Counted from the stretch's first letter, positions 8,976 to 19,103 are shown. The stretch is 64,000 nt of DNA from Candidatus Pelearchaeum maunauluense (GCA_030059675.1 JANVYQ010000002.1:1-64000), one strand, 5' to 3'. Notes: generated by a model from the sequence alone, not told the origin. A program made the numbers and translations.

Positions 8976-9560
8976 CTACTCCATACCCACGTGCTTCTCA
9001 TAAACATATATCCCGTCTAGGAATTTCCTGGGGTCCTTCTTCTTTATGCGGCATGCGTTCTCTATGTTGGCAGCCGTCTGGCCCACATCCTCTTTATTTA
9101 TGCCTGTTACTATAACATCCTCGCCCTTCACAGTTACCTTGGCTGAGCCCACTATATCGGCATAGCGCTTGTACCGCTCTCCCAAGAAGTTCTCGATAAC
9201 CACGCGCTTTCCCTCAGTCTTCACGGTAATTGGGAAGTGTGATGAGATTATCTTTAGCTTATACGTGTATCCCTGTGTTACTCCAGTTGCCATATTCTTC
9301 AGCTTAGAGATTATAGTCCCCAGTAGTGCTTCAGACCTCCTGTTGGAGCCTGGAATTTTTATGATTATCTTGCTATCCTCACTCCTAAGCTCTGCTCCTG
9401 TGTGGTTGAAGTCGTACTCAAGCGAGCCTAGTTTTCCGCTCATTCTAACCTTACTTCCATCTACCTCAACCTTCACATCACTTGGTGGCGTGTAGCTGTC
9501 TTCTACATACTTGGGCTTGGTGCGTGGCCACGCTTTGACGACTGCCTCAGCTTCTGCCAT
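8976..9560 (-). CDS. rpl6: 50S ribosomal protein uL6
   Basis: NMATGVTQGY, HFPITV, NFLGE, VGQTAANIE, KDPRKFLDGIY. Confidence 0.96.
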   Translation of the reverse strand: MAEAEAVVKAWPRTKPKYVEDSYTPPSDVKVEVDGSKVRMSGKLGSLEYDFNHTGAELRSEDSKIIIKIPGSNRRSEALLGTIISKLKNMATGVTQGYTYKLKIISSHFPITVKTEGKRVVIENFLGERYKRYADIVGSAKVTVKGEDVIVTGINKEDVGQTAANIENACRIKKKDPRKFLDGIYVYEKHVGME

Positions 9561-9620
9561 ATCCTCCCATCCCTCTCGCGCAAGTATAGGCGATGCTCGG
9601 TAGCTGCCTATTCTCGCACC

Positions 9621-9627
9621 TTATAAA
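9621..9627 (-). promoter_or_regulatory. Putative TATA box for an internal promoter upstream of rpl6
   Basis: TTTATAA on the minus strand in the rps8-rpl6 gap. Confidence 0.5.
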
Positions 9628-9639
9628 GATGCGCATCCT

Positions 9640-10026
9640 TCAATAGACGTAGCCGAGAAGCTTCCCGCCTATTCCCTGCTCCTTAGCCTCGATATGTGAC
9701 ATAATGCCGCGCGAGGTGGTTACTATTAATATTCCTATATTCCTGCCTGGTAGGTATAGCTTCTCCCAACGCTCAAACTCATCTTTCTTCACGTTAAAAC
9801 GCGGCCTTATCGGCGCTGAGCGATTAACCCGTCCAAGAAGCTGTATCCTGAACTTACCTCCACGGCCATCCTCGATATATTCAAAAGCACCTATGTAGCC
9901 GTGGCGCTGTAAAACCTTGAGAATCTCGCCTATAAGCTTCGTCGCTTTGTAGATACACTCACGGTTACGTACCATCTCGTTGTTCTGTATGGTAGTGAAA
10001 AGACCAGATACCCAGTCAAACGTCAT
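9640..10026 (-). CDS. rps8: 30S ribosomal protein uS8
   Basis: GYIGAFEYIEDGRGG, IVTTSRGIMSH, GGKLLGYVY. Confidence 0.96.
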   Translation of the reverse strand: MTFDWVSGLFTTIQNNEMVRNRECIYKATKLIGEILKVLQRHGYIGAFEYIEDGRGGKFRIQLLGRVNRSAPIRPRFNVKKDEFERWEKLYLPGRNIGILIVTTSRGIMSHIEAKEQGIGGKLLGYVY

Positions 10027-10039
10027 GCATGAACCACCT

Positions 10040-10201
10040 TCATGAATATACTTTGAAGCCCAGCATTGGGCCTATCTCGTTTATGCATCTCCTGCATATC
10101 ATGAGCTTGTATTTCCTTATCACGCCTACTTGCGTGCCGCATCTCCTGCATCGTACAACTCCTTTACCGAACTTTCTCTCCTTCGGAGGTTTTTGCTTCA
10201 T
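10040..10201 (-). CDS. rps14: 30S ribosomal protein uS14 (Zn-binding; not in ORF track)
   Basis: Manual translation MKQKPPKERKFGKGVVRCRRCGTQVGVIRKYKLMICRRCINEIGPMLGFKVYS; lies between uL5 and uS8. Confidence 0.95.
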   Translation of the reverse strand: MKQKPPKERKFGKGVVRCRRCGTQVGVIRKYKLMICRRCINEIGPMLGFKVYS

Positions 10202-10202
10202 C

Positions 10203-10751
10203 TCACTCACCCACTATATTCACTCCTGTGAGCCCCTTAAGGAATTGCATGGCCTCCTCGCGTGTTACGCGCTGGTTTTTCCCCAGCTTGGAGCGTCTCC
10301 GTCTTCTTAGAGAGACGCGATAACCTGGCTTTGTTATGTGTATGCTCACGTCCATCCCGATTATCCCCAGCTCTGGGTCGTAGCGTGTTCCTGGGATGTC
10401 TAGGTGCTCGCGTATTCCAAAGGAGACGTTTCCAAACTCGTCAAAGCTTGATTCTTTTAAGGTGTTATTCACAGCCCTGAGCGCTCTTTGCAAGAAGTCT
10501 AGCGCGCGCTGCTTCCTTAGGGTAACCCTCAGCGCTATCGGCTCGCCGCGGTGTATGCCGAATCCCTTTATCGTCTTCTTAGCCTTCCTTACCTCTGGTT
10601 TCTGCCCAACCAGGGCGACGAGTATCTTCTCAGCCTTCTCCAGCTTAATGCCTCCCTCACCAACGCAGCAGTTGATAACGACCTTCTCTATCCTAGGCCT
10701 CTGCATGTTGTTTATCTTCTCAACCCCAGCTTCTAAGGAAGCGCTAGCCAT
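10203..10751 (-). CDS. rpl5: 50S ribosomal protein uL5
   Basis: PRIEKVVINCCVGE, FDEFGNVSFGIREH, YDPELGIIGMD. Confidence 0.96.
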   Translation of the reverse strand: MASASLEAGVEKINNMQRPRIEKVVINCCVGEGGIKLEKAEKILVALVGQKPEVRKAKKTIKGFGIHRGEPIALRVTLRKQRALDFLQRALRAVNNTLKESSFDEFGNVSFGIREHLDIPGTRYDPELGIIGMDVSIHITKPGYRVSLRRRRRSKLGKNQRVTREEAMQFLKGLTGVNIVGE

Positions 10752-11446
10752 GGCCTCTCATCACCCACAGGCATTATATGCGTGAGGAGTGTGGTTACCT
10801 TCCCGGCGCGTGTCCCTTCTATGGTTACTGTAGGCTTGTCTGGGTATGCCACTTCCCTCCTAATTACGGTTATCCTGCCGTGCAGCCCCATCTTTGAGCC
10901 ATGATGTATGAAGGCGTATGCGCCGACCTCCATCCTCTGGTATCCCAGGATAGCCTGGTCTGGGATGGAGATTTTGAACGTGTCGTATGTTCTGTATGTT
11001 CGTGCCTCGTCAACCTCTTTAAACCTAAGATTACGTCCATCGTGCAGTGTGAATTGGAGATGTCCTCCCCTAACGTGCATCTTCCTAAGTATCTGGCCCA
11101 GCTTAAAGCCTGCCTCATCGGCATCTATCTTGAGAGGTGAGAGCCCCTTTCCTGGGAATGGGAGTATTCTATAATATTCCTCGTTGTCTGGTATTGAGAC
11201 CACATCCATCAAACCTAGGGGGAAGCGGTGGTCTATAACCACCTTACCATCAACCAAGATCTTCCGCATCTTGATGATTTTCTTGGCCGTTGCCGCGTCT
11301 TCTGCCAAGCCGAGGACGTCGCGCACCAGCACGAGGAGCGGTATGCTCTCATGAGCGGGGTGGGGCCCAGCTCTGGGCCTAGTTGCGAATACTCCCTTAG
11401 TCTTGGGATAATGGCTCGGCGCGGCCAAGCTCTTCAAATGCGTCAT
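10733..11446 (-). CDS. rps4e: 30S ribosomal protein eS4
   Basis: HLKSLAAP, PRAGPH, FPLGLMDV, LHDGRN. Confidence 0.95.
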   Translation of the reverse strand: MTHLKSLAAPSHYPKTKGVFATRPRAGPHPAHESIPLLVLVRDVLGLAEDAATAKKIIKMRKILVDGKVVIDHRFPLGLMDVVSIPDNEEYYRILPFPGKGLSPLKIDADEAGFKLGQILRKMHVRGGHLQFTLHDGRNLRFKEVDEARTYRTYDTFKISIPDQAILGYQRMEVGAYAFIHHGSKMGLHGRITVIRREVAYPDKPTVTIEGTRAGKVTTLLTHIMPVGDERPWLALP

Positions 11447-11814
11447 TCAGCCTTCACACCCTCCTCAAGCTTCTTCTTTCTATACTTATCATCCAGGTTA
11501 AGCTGAGTTATCATAACCCTAGAAACAGGTATAGGAACGTGAATCGTTGTGCCATCAGCCTTCTTTTTAGTCACATTCTCCACATATACCCGCCTCTTCT
11601 TCCTATCCACCTCACGCACCCTCCCCTCAATTCCCCTATAGTCTCCCCACATGACCTTTACAGTATCTCCAACGCGGACTGGCAGGGAGCGTCTTCCATA
11701 TTTCTCGCGTAGAGCTGGGGCAAGGTGGGCTGACATTAGTTTGGTGAGTCTATGTAGGGATGCGTTGTAGAGTGTTCGCCGCTGCTTCCTCGGTTTTGCG
11801 GAGATAACCGACAT
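11443..11814 (-). CDS. rpl24: 50S ribosomal protein uL24
   Basis: KPRKQRR, RSLPVRVGDTVKVMWG (KOW). Start is 11814 or 11832. Confidence 0.94.
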   Translation of the reverse strand: MSVISAKPRKQRRTLYNASLHRLTKLMSAHLAPALREKYGRRSLPVRVGDTVKVMWGDYRGIEGRVREVDRKKRRVYVENVTKKKADGTTIHVPIPVSRVMITQLNLDDKYRKKKLEEGVKAE

Positions 11815-11828
11815 CGCAGAGACACCGC

Positions 11829-12263
11829 TCATACTATTATGCTCGCCGCATTGGCTATCCGCGGCCACCTCTCGGCAGCTTCCTTAGCCACAGGCCCCTT
11901 GATCTCCGTCCCCTTCAAGTCTCCTTCAGGCGTCATGAGTATTGCCGCCGTATCCTCAAACGATATCCATGTCCCATCAGGCCTACGGTATGGTTTCCTC
12001 TGCCTTATCACGACAGCCGTTGTGGGCTTTTTACGCAGGTCAATAGGACCCTTACGCACAGTAACGCTCACCAAGTCTCCCACCGCCGCTGAAGGGACTC
12101 TCCTGAAGCGGCTCTTAATGCCGTGTACCTGTATTATCTTGAGCAACTGCGCTCCTGAGTTGTCCGCGCATGTGACGAGTGAGCCTATGACTATTGTTCT
12201 TGGTATGTTTGGTCTTCTTTCCAGTATTCCTACCGCCGCAACAGCTCTAGACCTACGCGACAT
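11829..12263 (-). CDS. rpl14: 50S ribosomal protein uL14
   Basis: [36 protein letters not shown]. Confidence 0.96.
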   Translation of the reverse strand: MSRRSRAVAAVGILERRPNIPRTIVIGSLVTCADNSGAQLLKIIQVHGIKSRFRRVPSAAVGDLVSVTVRKGPIDLRKKPTTAVVIRQRKPYRRPDGTWISFEDTAAILMTPEGDLKGTEIKGPVAKEAAERWPRIANAASIIV

Positions 12264-12273
12264 GCCTTCTTAC

Positions 12274-12606
12274 TCACCTCCCCATATTCTCTATTACCAC
12301 GAAGCTTACTGTCTTGCTGAGCGGCCTACACTCAGCGAATTTTACCTTATCACCCACCTCCGCGTCTATGCACGGCGGCAGGTGGGCTGGGATTCTGCTC
12401 CGCCTACGCTCGTAACGCTTATACTTCTTAATGAAGATTGGGTACTCCCTCTCAATAACCACCGTTTTAGGCATACGCTTCTTATACACCACTCCAGTCA
12501 GAATTATCCCGCGTATAGGTAGCTTACCGTGAAATGGGCAGTCTTTATCATCGCACTCTCTCGTGGGGGGCTTTACTTGTATTCCGATGTTCCGCGCCTC
12601 TACCAT
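12274..12606 (-). CDS. rps17: 30S ribosomal protein uS17
   Basis: CDDKDCPFHG, KYKRYERRRS, ECRPLSKTVSFVV. Confidence 0.96.
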   Translation of the reverse strand: MVEARNIGIQVKPPTRECDDKDCPFHGKLPIRGIILTGVVYKKRMPKTVVIEREYPIFIKKYKRYERRRSRIPAHLPPCIDAEVGDKVKFAECRPLSKTVSFVVIENMGR

Positions 12607-12872
12607 CGTCTCAACCTCGCCTTAATCCTTTCATGAGGCCTGCCCACCAGAGCCAAGCCGCTATACTCAGCGACAGCCCCGTCGGGCAGGGTGAATGTGA
12701 AACGGCTCTGAGCCTTAGGCAGGTGCTTAACACCTCTCTCAGTAAGTATCGTCAGCATGTTCCTACTCTCGGCCAAGACCCTGCCACTAAACACATGGCC
12801 CAGATACTCGGCCTTAACGTTAAGGCCCAGGAGCTCATGCCTAAAAAGGTTGGATGGCGTGATTCTAGACAT
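12600..12872 (-). CDS. rnp1: RNase P protein subunit Rpp29
   Basis: ITPSNLFRHELLGL, ESRNML, GRPHERIK; canonical position. Confidence 0.9.
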   Translation of the reverse strand: MSRITPSNLFRHELLGLNVKAEYLGHVFSGRVLAESRNMLTILTERGVKHLPKAQSRFTFTLPDGAVAEYSGLALVGRPHERIKARLRRW

Positions 12873-13074
12873 TTATCCCCAACTCCCTCTCTCTCAGTAT
12901 TGTCTTGACGCGGGCTATAGTCCTCCTTATGTTCCTTGCTCTCGCAGGCTTGGCGACAGCGCCTCCCATGGCAATCTCAGTCCTCACGGTTCTAAGCTCT
13001 GCCAATAGCTGGTCAAGCTTCTCGCGGAGCTCCTCGGTGCTCAGCCGCCTAAGCTCCTTGACCTCCTTCACCAC
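12865..13074 (-). CDS. rpl29: 50S ribosomal protein uL29
   Basis: ELRRLSTEEL...IRRTIARVKTILRE. GTG start inferred. Confidence 0.93.
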   Translation of the reverse strand: MVKEVKELRRLSTEELREKLDQLLAELRTVRTEIAMGGAVAKPARARNIRRTIARVKTILRERELGINV

Positions 13075-13681
13075 TTTCAGAAACACCCCGCTTCTTAGTC
13101 GTGATAGCTTCTGGGAGAGGCGCATCAGGCGGGTATATGGTAACCTTGATGCCGAAAACCCCCGTCTTCAGCTGTACCGACGCTTTACCCTCAATAACGT
13201 AATCCATGGCCAGCTCGCCTGACTTTGGTATGAACCCCTCGGAGAATTTCTCTGTTCTAGCTCTGGCCGAGGCGAGTTTCCCGCCAATCCGAATCTCAAC
13301 ACCCCGCGCACCCGCCTCCATTATACGCTGAATAGCCCAGAAAGCTACGCGGCGATAACGGACACCGCGCTCCATCGCTTGGGCTATCCTCTCAGCCATC
13401 ACATACGGGTTAAGCTCGGGAACCTCAACCTCAACAACTGTAACTATAGGGTTCTCAACTCCAAACTTCTTCTCAAGAACCTCAGAGATTTCGCGTATTA
13501 TCCTTCCCTTAGGCCCTATGACGCGGCTGGGCTTCATGGCGTATATTGTAACGCGTGTTCCGATTGGTGTGAAGCTTATGCTTACGCCTCCGAAGACCGC
13601 GTCCCTAAGACGCTCGCGGAGATATTCCTCTATCTCCGCCTTCTTAATCCGTGTCTGTAGTATCTGCTTGACTGACGACAC
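13049..13681 (-). CDS. rps3: 30S ribosomal protein uS3
   Basis: KH domain VIGPKG, GARGVEIRIGGKL, GVFGIKVTI. Confidence 0.96.
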   Translation of the reverse strand: MSSVKQILQTRIKKAEIEEYLRERLRDAVFGGVSISFTPIGTRVTIYAMKPSRVIGPKGRIIREISEVLEKKFGVENPIVTVVEVEVPELNPYVMAERIAQAMERGVRYRRVAFWAIQRIMEAGARGVEIRIGGKLASARARTEKFSEGFIPKSGELAMDYVIEGKASVQLKTGVFGIKVTIYPPDAPLPEAITTKKRGVSESGEGGQGA

Positions 13682-13834
13682 CGTTTACCACCCTAACCGC
13701 TACTGCCCTCCACGTTAGCAAGCATCCTCCGCTAACCAACCTAGGCTAGCTTTTATATCTGAAGCCCCTATAGCGCTGAAGATAGGTATAAGCTTATGTG
13801 GGGTGTTGGGTAGAAGGGGGCTCCCTTTCCCACT

Positions 13835-14290
13835 TTAGCGTTGCTGCCCGACTAGCTCTATATGAACCAGAACCTTGTTGTACGGGTTTGACCTGCCGAA
13901 GGCCCGCTCTATGAACTTGGCTATTACACGCCCCTTATGCGCTGCCGCGTGCACTATAACTACTCTGTCGGTGTCAAGACCCTTGAACTCGGCGTTGGCT
14001 TCTAGGCTGTCAAGCAGTTTGAGCATGATTCGCGCAACCTTAATCGGATACCCGCCAGCTCCCTTAGTCTGCGCGTGGTGTGCGCGGTTCTTCTTATACC
14101 GTCTATAGGGTATCATGCGGCGCTTTTCCACGACATCTTCAAGAAGGCGGCGCGCATCCGATATTGTCATTCCCTTTATCGCTGCACAGACCTCGCGGGC
14201 CCACTTGGGAGATACATCAACCTCCCTCACACTGGCCTTAACAGCGTTCTCAGCGTCAGCCAACGCCGTTGAGTATCCCCAGCTAGGCAT
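13835..14290 (-). CDS. rpl22: 50S ribosomal protein uL22
   Basis: VSPKWAREVC, ANAEFKGLD, RAFGRS. Confidence 0.95.
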   Translation of the reverse strand: MPSWGYSTALADAENAVKASVREVDVSPKWAREVCAAIKGMTISDARRLLEDVVEKRRMIPYRRYKKNRAHHAQTKGAGGYPIKVARIMLKLLDSLEANAEFKGLDTDRVVIVHAAAHKGRVIAKFIERAFGRSNPYNKVLVHIELVGQQR

Positions 14291-14491
14291 CCTGCTGCTC
14301 CCCTATTGTGGTTATGCAAACTGTAGGCTTATAATATTAGGTTGACGCACCGATTGATGTATAAATATCCCACACCACCATAATAAGCTGCTCTACCAAA
14401 AAGGGGCTTCTCCGATGGAGTGTTTTGCGAAATGGTGTTGGAGAAGAGTAAGAGCTTTTAGAGGGGGGCGGAGCATTATTATCATCAGGGA

Positions 14492-15496
14492 TTGATGTCC
14501 GAGACCAAGAGACAAGTCCAGCTCACGGGAGGAAGCTCGTTTGCCGTTACTCTTCCGAAGAGCTGGGCAAAGAGGCAGGGAATTAGGGAAGGAAGCTCGC
14601 TCATAATGAGGATAACCGACGACGGGGGTCTACTCATATACCCAGAGGAGAGGCAGCCCCAGAAGACGTTTACCGAGATAAGGCTGGAGCTGGGGCCTAA
14701 CGTGGGCCGCGACATAGTTGGAGCATACCTATACGGCTACAACACGATAAAGATACACTCCTACACAAGTTTTGAGGAAGATGAGCTGGTCGCGATTAAG
14801 CGCGTGGTCCGCGGCCTCGTTGGGGCGGAGATAGTTGAGGAGGCTCCCAACAAGATTGAAATACAGGTTATGCTAGACCCTGAGGCCGTTACGCCTGAGA
14901 AGGTTCTACGCCGCCAAAACTCGCTTGTGCTGGGCATGGTTGATGACGTGGCTAAGGCGTTGATGAATAACGATGTTTCGCTGGCCAAGGCTGTTGCGCA
15001 ACGCGATGAGGAGGTGGATAGACATTACTTCACGTTGGTCAGGGTTATACGCTCAGCTATACGCGACCCCGAGATAGGCAGGAGAATACGGCAGACACCC
15101 TTAAGCCTGCTCGACCTACGAGTCGCCGCAAAGTTCCTAGAGGACTCCGGAGACCAGGCCGCAACGATAGCGCGTGAAATTCTAGGCCAAAAGGAAGGAA
15201 GGCCAGCCGATAGCTTGGTTAAGGAGTTCTGTAGCCTTGCTTCTATTGTTATAGAGATGGGGCCAGAGCCGATAGAGGCGCTCCTCACTGGGAATGCCGC
15301 GCTCACCTTACATGCACTCAGCCTGCGTCAAAAATTCCAGGAGAGGAGTAGCCAGTTCAGGCGTATGCTCTCCCAAGCCCCCCTCCAGGCTCAGCTCTTC
15401 CTAATCCACTCATACGCCTGCCTTGATAGGATATGCGAGAACATGGCTGATATAGCCGAGCTGGGAGCCCCCATAGCCGGCCGCTCCATCAATTAA
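14492..15496 (+). CDS. PhoU-family regulator with N-terminal AbrB domain
   Basis: KRQVQLTGGSSFAVTLPKSW (AbrB) followed by PhoU repeats (RDEEVDRHY, DRICENMADIAE). Confidence 0.88.
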   Translation: MMSETKRQVQLTGGSSFAVTLPKSWAKRQGIREGSSLIMRITDDGGLLIYPEERQPQKTFTEIRLELGPNVGRDIVGAYLYGYNTIKIHSYTSFEEDELVAIKRVVRGLVGAEIVEEAPNKIEIQVMLDPEAVTPEKVLRRQNSLVLGMVDDVAKALMNNDVSLAKAVAQRDEEVDRHYFTLVRVIRSAIRDPEIGRRIRQTPLSLLDLRVAAKFLEDSGDQAATIAREILGQKEGRPADSLVKEFCSLASIVIEMGPEPIEALLTGNAALTLHALSLRQKFQERSSQFRRMLSQAPLQAQLFLIHSYACLDRICENMADIAELGAPIAGRSIN

Positions 15497-15537
15497 CTTT
15501 AATTACCGCATTCCAGCAATTGGGCTTGGGGGCATGA

Positions 15538-16542
15538 ATGTCTAACTCGCCCTCAGACTTGTATGACACCACAATCATCGGAGCTGGCCCGACTGGACTA
15601 TTCGCAGCCTTCTACGCGGCTGGAATGCGCGGGATGAAGACAAAGATAATTGAAGCCATGAACCAGGTCGGAGGCCAGCTCACGGTACTATACCCAGAGA
15701 AATATATCTACGACGTGGCGGGTTTCCCCAAGATACTCGCCAAGGATTTGGTGAGACAGCTTGAGATACAGGCTATGACATATAAGCCCACTCTTATCCT
15801 GGGTGAGAGGGTTATCGACCTAAAATACACCGATGGGAACATTATTCAGTTAACAACGGATAAGAATGTCCATTACAGTAAGACCGTGATTATATGCGCT
15901 GGCCACGGCGCCTTCATGCCGCGGAAGCTGAATAACCCTGAGGTGGATAGGTTTGAGGGGCGTGGAGTGTATTATCAGGTGAGCGACAGATGGGAGTTCC
16001 GCGGCAAACGTGTTATGATAGTTGGTGGTGGAGACTCGGCGGTTGACTGGGCGCTCAATCTAAAGGAGATAGCGGAGAAGGTAATCCTGGTGCATCGCCG
16101 CCCCCAGTTCAGAGCGCATGAAGGAGGTGTGATAGAGCTATTCCACTCTCCAGTAGAGATAATGATACCCTACGAGGTGAAGAGCGCCATTGGAGATGAT
16201 AGGCTAAGGGCTGTCCAGATATTTAACAACAAAACAGGCGAGGAGAAGGTTATAGAGGTTGACGCGCTTATACTACAGCTAGGCCACATAGTCGACACCT
16301 CGCTTTTCAGGAAATGGGGGCTGGACATAGAGAATAACGCTATAAAGGTGAATGGGAAGATGGAGACCAACCTGCCAGGCGTCTATGCCGCGGGAGACAT
16401 AGCAAACCCTATCGACTCAATAAAACTAAACCTGATAGTTACTGGTTTTGCCCAGGCTGCAATAGCGGTTAACGTAGCTAAAAACTACATAGACCCGAAG
16501 TCAAGTATTTACCCAGGTCACAGCTCGGAGAGGAGAATGTAA
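15538..16542 (+). CDS. Ferredoxin-NADP+ reductase (TrxR-like, YumC type)
   Basis: GAGPTG, GGQLTVLYPEKYIYDVAGFP, GGGDSAVDWA, PGHSS; lacks the CxxC of true thioredoxin reductase. Confidence 0.88.
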   Translation: MSNSPSDLYDTTIIGAGPTGLFAAFYAAGMRGMKTKIIEAMNQVGGQLTVLYPEKYIYDVAGFPKILAKDLVRQLEIQAMTYKPTLILGERVIDLKYTDGNIIQLTTDKNVHYSKTVIICAGHGAFMPRKLNNPEVDRFEGRGVYYQVSDRWEFRGKRVMIVGGGDSAVDWALNLKEIAEKVILVHRRPQFRAHEGGVIELFHSPVEIMIPYEVKSAIGDDRLRAVQIFNNKTGEEKVIEVDALILQLGHIVDTSLFRKWGLDIENNAIKVNGKMETNLPGVYAAGDIANPIDSIKLNLIVTGFAQAAIAVNVAKNYIDPKSSIYPGHSSERRM

Positions 16543-16564
16543 AAGGGGGGTTTGGGAACCGAGC

Positions 16565-17524
16565 ATGGAGGTGAGGGCGTATCTTACTGGGCAGTTTGCC
16601 AAGCCTGAGCAGCTCATCAAAGCATACCGCGACAGAGCCAAGGGTAAGATAAGCGAGCAAACACTTGACGAGGTACTACGGAAACACGTGAGGGAGGTGG
16701 TGGGGGTCCAGTATGCGAGTGGGTTAACATATGTTAGTGATGGTATGCTCAATTGGCATGATCTCTTCCGTCCCATAGTTGAGGGGGTTGGGGGATTAGA
16801 GGTTAATGGCCTAGCTAGATGGTTTGACAACAACTTCTTCTACAAGAAGCCTATAGCAGTCGGCGAGCTACAATTCAGGCGAAGCATCACCGAGGGGTAC
16901 GTATTCAACGAGTATGTCAAACATGGGGAGCTCAAGGTAATACTTCCCGACCCATTCACCATAGCCAGCATGTCGGAAAATCAATATTATAAGAGATTTG
17001 AGGATATGCTCTTCTCATACGCAGAGATTCTCGCCGAGCATGTCGTTAATGTTGAGGAGTTGGGGGTAGCTCAGATACAGCTAAGCGCGCCTTACATGGC
17101 TTTCACACGCTTATCAGGGGATGAGGTGGAGATGGCTTCAGAAGCGGTGAGAGAGATAAGGAAAAGAACACGAGCAGAACTATTACTGCATACGTTCTAT
17201 GGACCAGCCAGCAACGTAATCCCATACGCTCTAGACTTTCCCGTGGATGTGGTTGGCGTAGATATGACGCTCTCCAAACCGCGTGAAGTAACGGATTATT
17301 CAATAACAAAGCCGTTGTGCCTAGGCGTATTGGATGGTCGCAACTCTATGCTTGAAGATGTCAGAGCTTTGGTGAAGCTTTGTAAGCGTATAGCTGACGA
17401 CGCTGGCCTTAGGCTACTCCATGTAGCGCCTAACTGTGAGTTGGAGTTGCTCCCATACGAGATAGCCTTGAGAAAGACGCGCCTACTGGGAGAGTTGAAT
17501 AAAGCGCTGGGTGAGGTGGAGTAA
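16565..17524 (+). CDS. Split cobalamin-independent methionine synthase, N-terminal half
   Basis: SDGMLNWHDLF, LARWFDNNFFYKKP, LGVLDGRNS; has HTFYG in place of the HxC zinc motif. Confidence 0.8.
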   Translation: MEVRAYLTGQFAKPEQLIKAYRDRAKGKISEQTLDEVLRKHVREVVGVQYASGLTYVSDGMLNWHDLFRPIVEGVGGLEVNGLARWFDNNFFYKKPIAVGELQFRRSITEGYVFNEYVKHGELKVILPDPFTIASMSENQYYKRFEDMLFSYAEILAEHVVNVEELGVAQIQLSAPYMAFTRLSGDEVEMASEAVREIRKRTRAELLLHTFYGPASNVIPYALDFPVDVVGVDMTLSKPREVTDYSITKPLCLGVLDGRNSMLEDVRALVKLCKRIADDAGLRLLHVAPNCELELLPYEIALRKTRLLGELNKALGEVE

Positions 17525-18642
17525 TGGAGAAGCTTTTTCCCACAATGGAGGTAGGCAGCCTATCCAAAGCTCCCTTCATAACGCGGGATAAGAAGCGCGC
17601 CATTAGAGAAGCTAAAGAATGGGGAGAGAGGCTCCAGGTAGAGAACTGGGCAAGCCTAATAGAAGCCCTAAATACGGAGAACAGCCTAACGCCAAAAGAA
17701 CTGCAAGACTGGGCATCCCTCTATGGTATAAGATTCCTCGAGTCAGCGGGTCTGGACGTAATCTATGACGGCGAGCAGAGACGGAAAGAGATGTATGAGT
17801 ATCCTGTGAATTTTATCGAGGGCTTTGAGTTTCGCGGTATAGTTAAGGTGTGGGATAGTGAGTTTTATCGGAAGGCTGCCGTTATAGCTAGGCCGCGGCT
17901 TAGAGAACCATACCACTTGGATGAGTTTCTTTTTGTGAAGAAACATGCCCGACGCGCTGTAAAGATACCAATAACTGGGGCATATACGCTGGCGGACTGG
18001 TCGTTTGACGAGTATTACGTGAGAAATATAGGCTACTCTAACGACCCGCGGAGGGCTAAACGTGATGCTAAGCATGAGTTTGTTCTAGAGCTGGCGCGCG
18101 GGGTGATTAGGCCGAATATACAGAAGTTGATAGAGGCTGGTGCAGAGTACATCCAGCTAGACGAGCCCGCGGCGGCCGCCAAGCCGGATGAGGCTGACAT
18201 CTTTGTGGAGAGCTTCAACGAGTCCATTAAGGGGCTTGACGCGGTCTTTGTGGTCCATATCTGCTACACAAACTATGCCTGGCTCTTCCCACATCTTCTA
18301 GACCTAAGGGCTGAGATAGTCTCAATATCATGCTCCAACGCAGACACCCGCGAGCTTGGTGTTGCCGACACTAAACGGCCTGGGTTTAGGGTTCTCTCAA
18401 TATTCCGCGAGCAGGGAGCAGAGTTTAAGGTGGCGCCTGGTGTTGTGGATGTGCATACCGACTTTATAGAGCCGCCCGAGCTTGTGAGGGATAGGCTCCT
18501 CTACTCAGCCAAGGTGTTGGGCGATGATGAGAAGGTTGTAGCGTGCAACGATTGTGGGCTACGTACGCGTAGGTGGGAGGTTGCGTATGAGAAGCAACTG
18601 AGCCTCACGCGAGGCGCCGCGCTGGCGCGCAAAACCATGTAG
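17524..18642 (+). CDS. metE: Split cobalamin-independent methionine synthase, catalytic C-terminal half
   Basis: DGEQRR, PITGAYTLADWS, IQLDEPA, HICY, GVVDVH, DCGLRTR. Confidence 0.85.
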   Translation: MEKLFPTMEVGSLSKAPFITRDKKRAIREAKEWGERLQVENWASLIEALNTENSLTPKELQDWASLYGIRFLESAGLDVIYDGEQRRKEMYEYPVNFIEGFEFRGIVKVWDSEFYRKAAVIARPRLREPYHLDEFLFVKKHARRAVKIPITGAYTLADWSFDEYYVRNIGYSNDPRRAKRDAKHEFVLELARGVIRPNIQKLIEAGAEYIQLDEPAAAAKPDEADIFVESFNESIKGLDAVFVVHICYTNYAWLFPHLLDLRAEIVSISCSNADTRELGVADTKRPGFRVLSIFREQGAEFKVAPGVVDVHTDFIEPPELVRDRLLYSAKVLGDDEKVVACNDCGLRTRRWEVAYEKQLSLTRGAALARKTM

Positions 18643-18647
18643 AGACG

Positions 18648-19103
18648 CTACTCTGTCTTTCTACGCGCAACGCCTACTGGACCGCCTTTCCTCCCTGTAG
18701 TTCTAGTTCTCTGGCCACGCACTTTAAGCCCAAGCGAATGCCTAACGCCCCGCCAGCTCTTTATACGCATCTCCCGCTGTATATCCTCCTTTATGGCCAG
18801 CTCAAGCTCAGCACCGTAGAGCTGCAAATCCTTGCCCGTGACTGGGTCAAAGCGGCGATTAAGCATCCAGCTTGGTATCCCATACTTTGTCGGGTCTTTG
18901 GCGACTTCCTCAATCTTTCTCAATTGCTCGTCGGTGAGCATGCCGATACGTAGCTCTGGGTCAATGCCTGCCACACGCGCTATGGCGTATCCCAGGTTGA
19001 CGCCTATGCCCTTAATCTTGGCAAGCCCGTAAGGTAGCTTGAGCGAGCCATCAATGTCTGTGCCAAGTATCCTGACTATGTAGCGAAGCTCCTTGACCGC
19101 CAT
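18648..19103 (-). CDS. rps13: 30S ribosomal protein uS13
   Basis: YIVRILGTDIDG, IPSWMLNRR, GLKVRGQRTRTTGR. Confidence 0.96.
   Translation of the reverse strand: MAVKELRYIVRILGTDIDGSLKLPYGLAKIKGIGVNLGYAIARVAGIDPELRIGMLTDEQLRKIEEVAKDPTKYGIPSWMLNRRFDPVTGKDLQLYGAELELAIKEDIQREMRIKSWRGVRHSLGLKVRGQRTRTTGRKGGPVGVARRKTE

Noticed and set aside
9570-9620. Hairpin upstream of rpl6 as a regulatory RNA
   Set aside because: Half of the stem lies between the TATA box and the expected transcription start, so it would form only in read-through transcripts; no other support.
6457-12522. Long plus-strand ORFs (6457-7029, 11839-12522) and similar ones at 44721-45440 and 48419-49099
   Set aside because: These are Ser-rich antisense shadows of conserved genes with no recognisable motifs.
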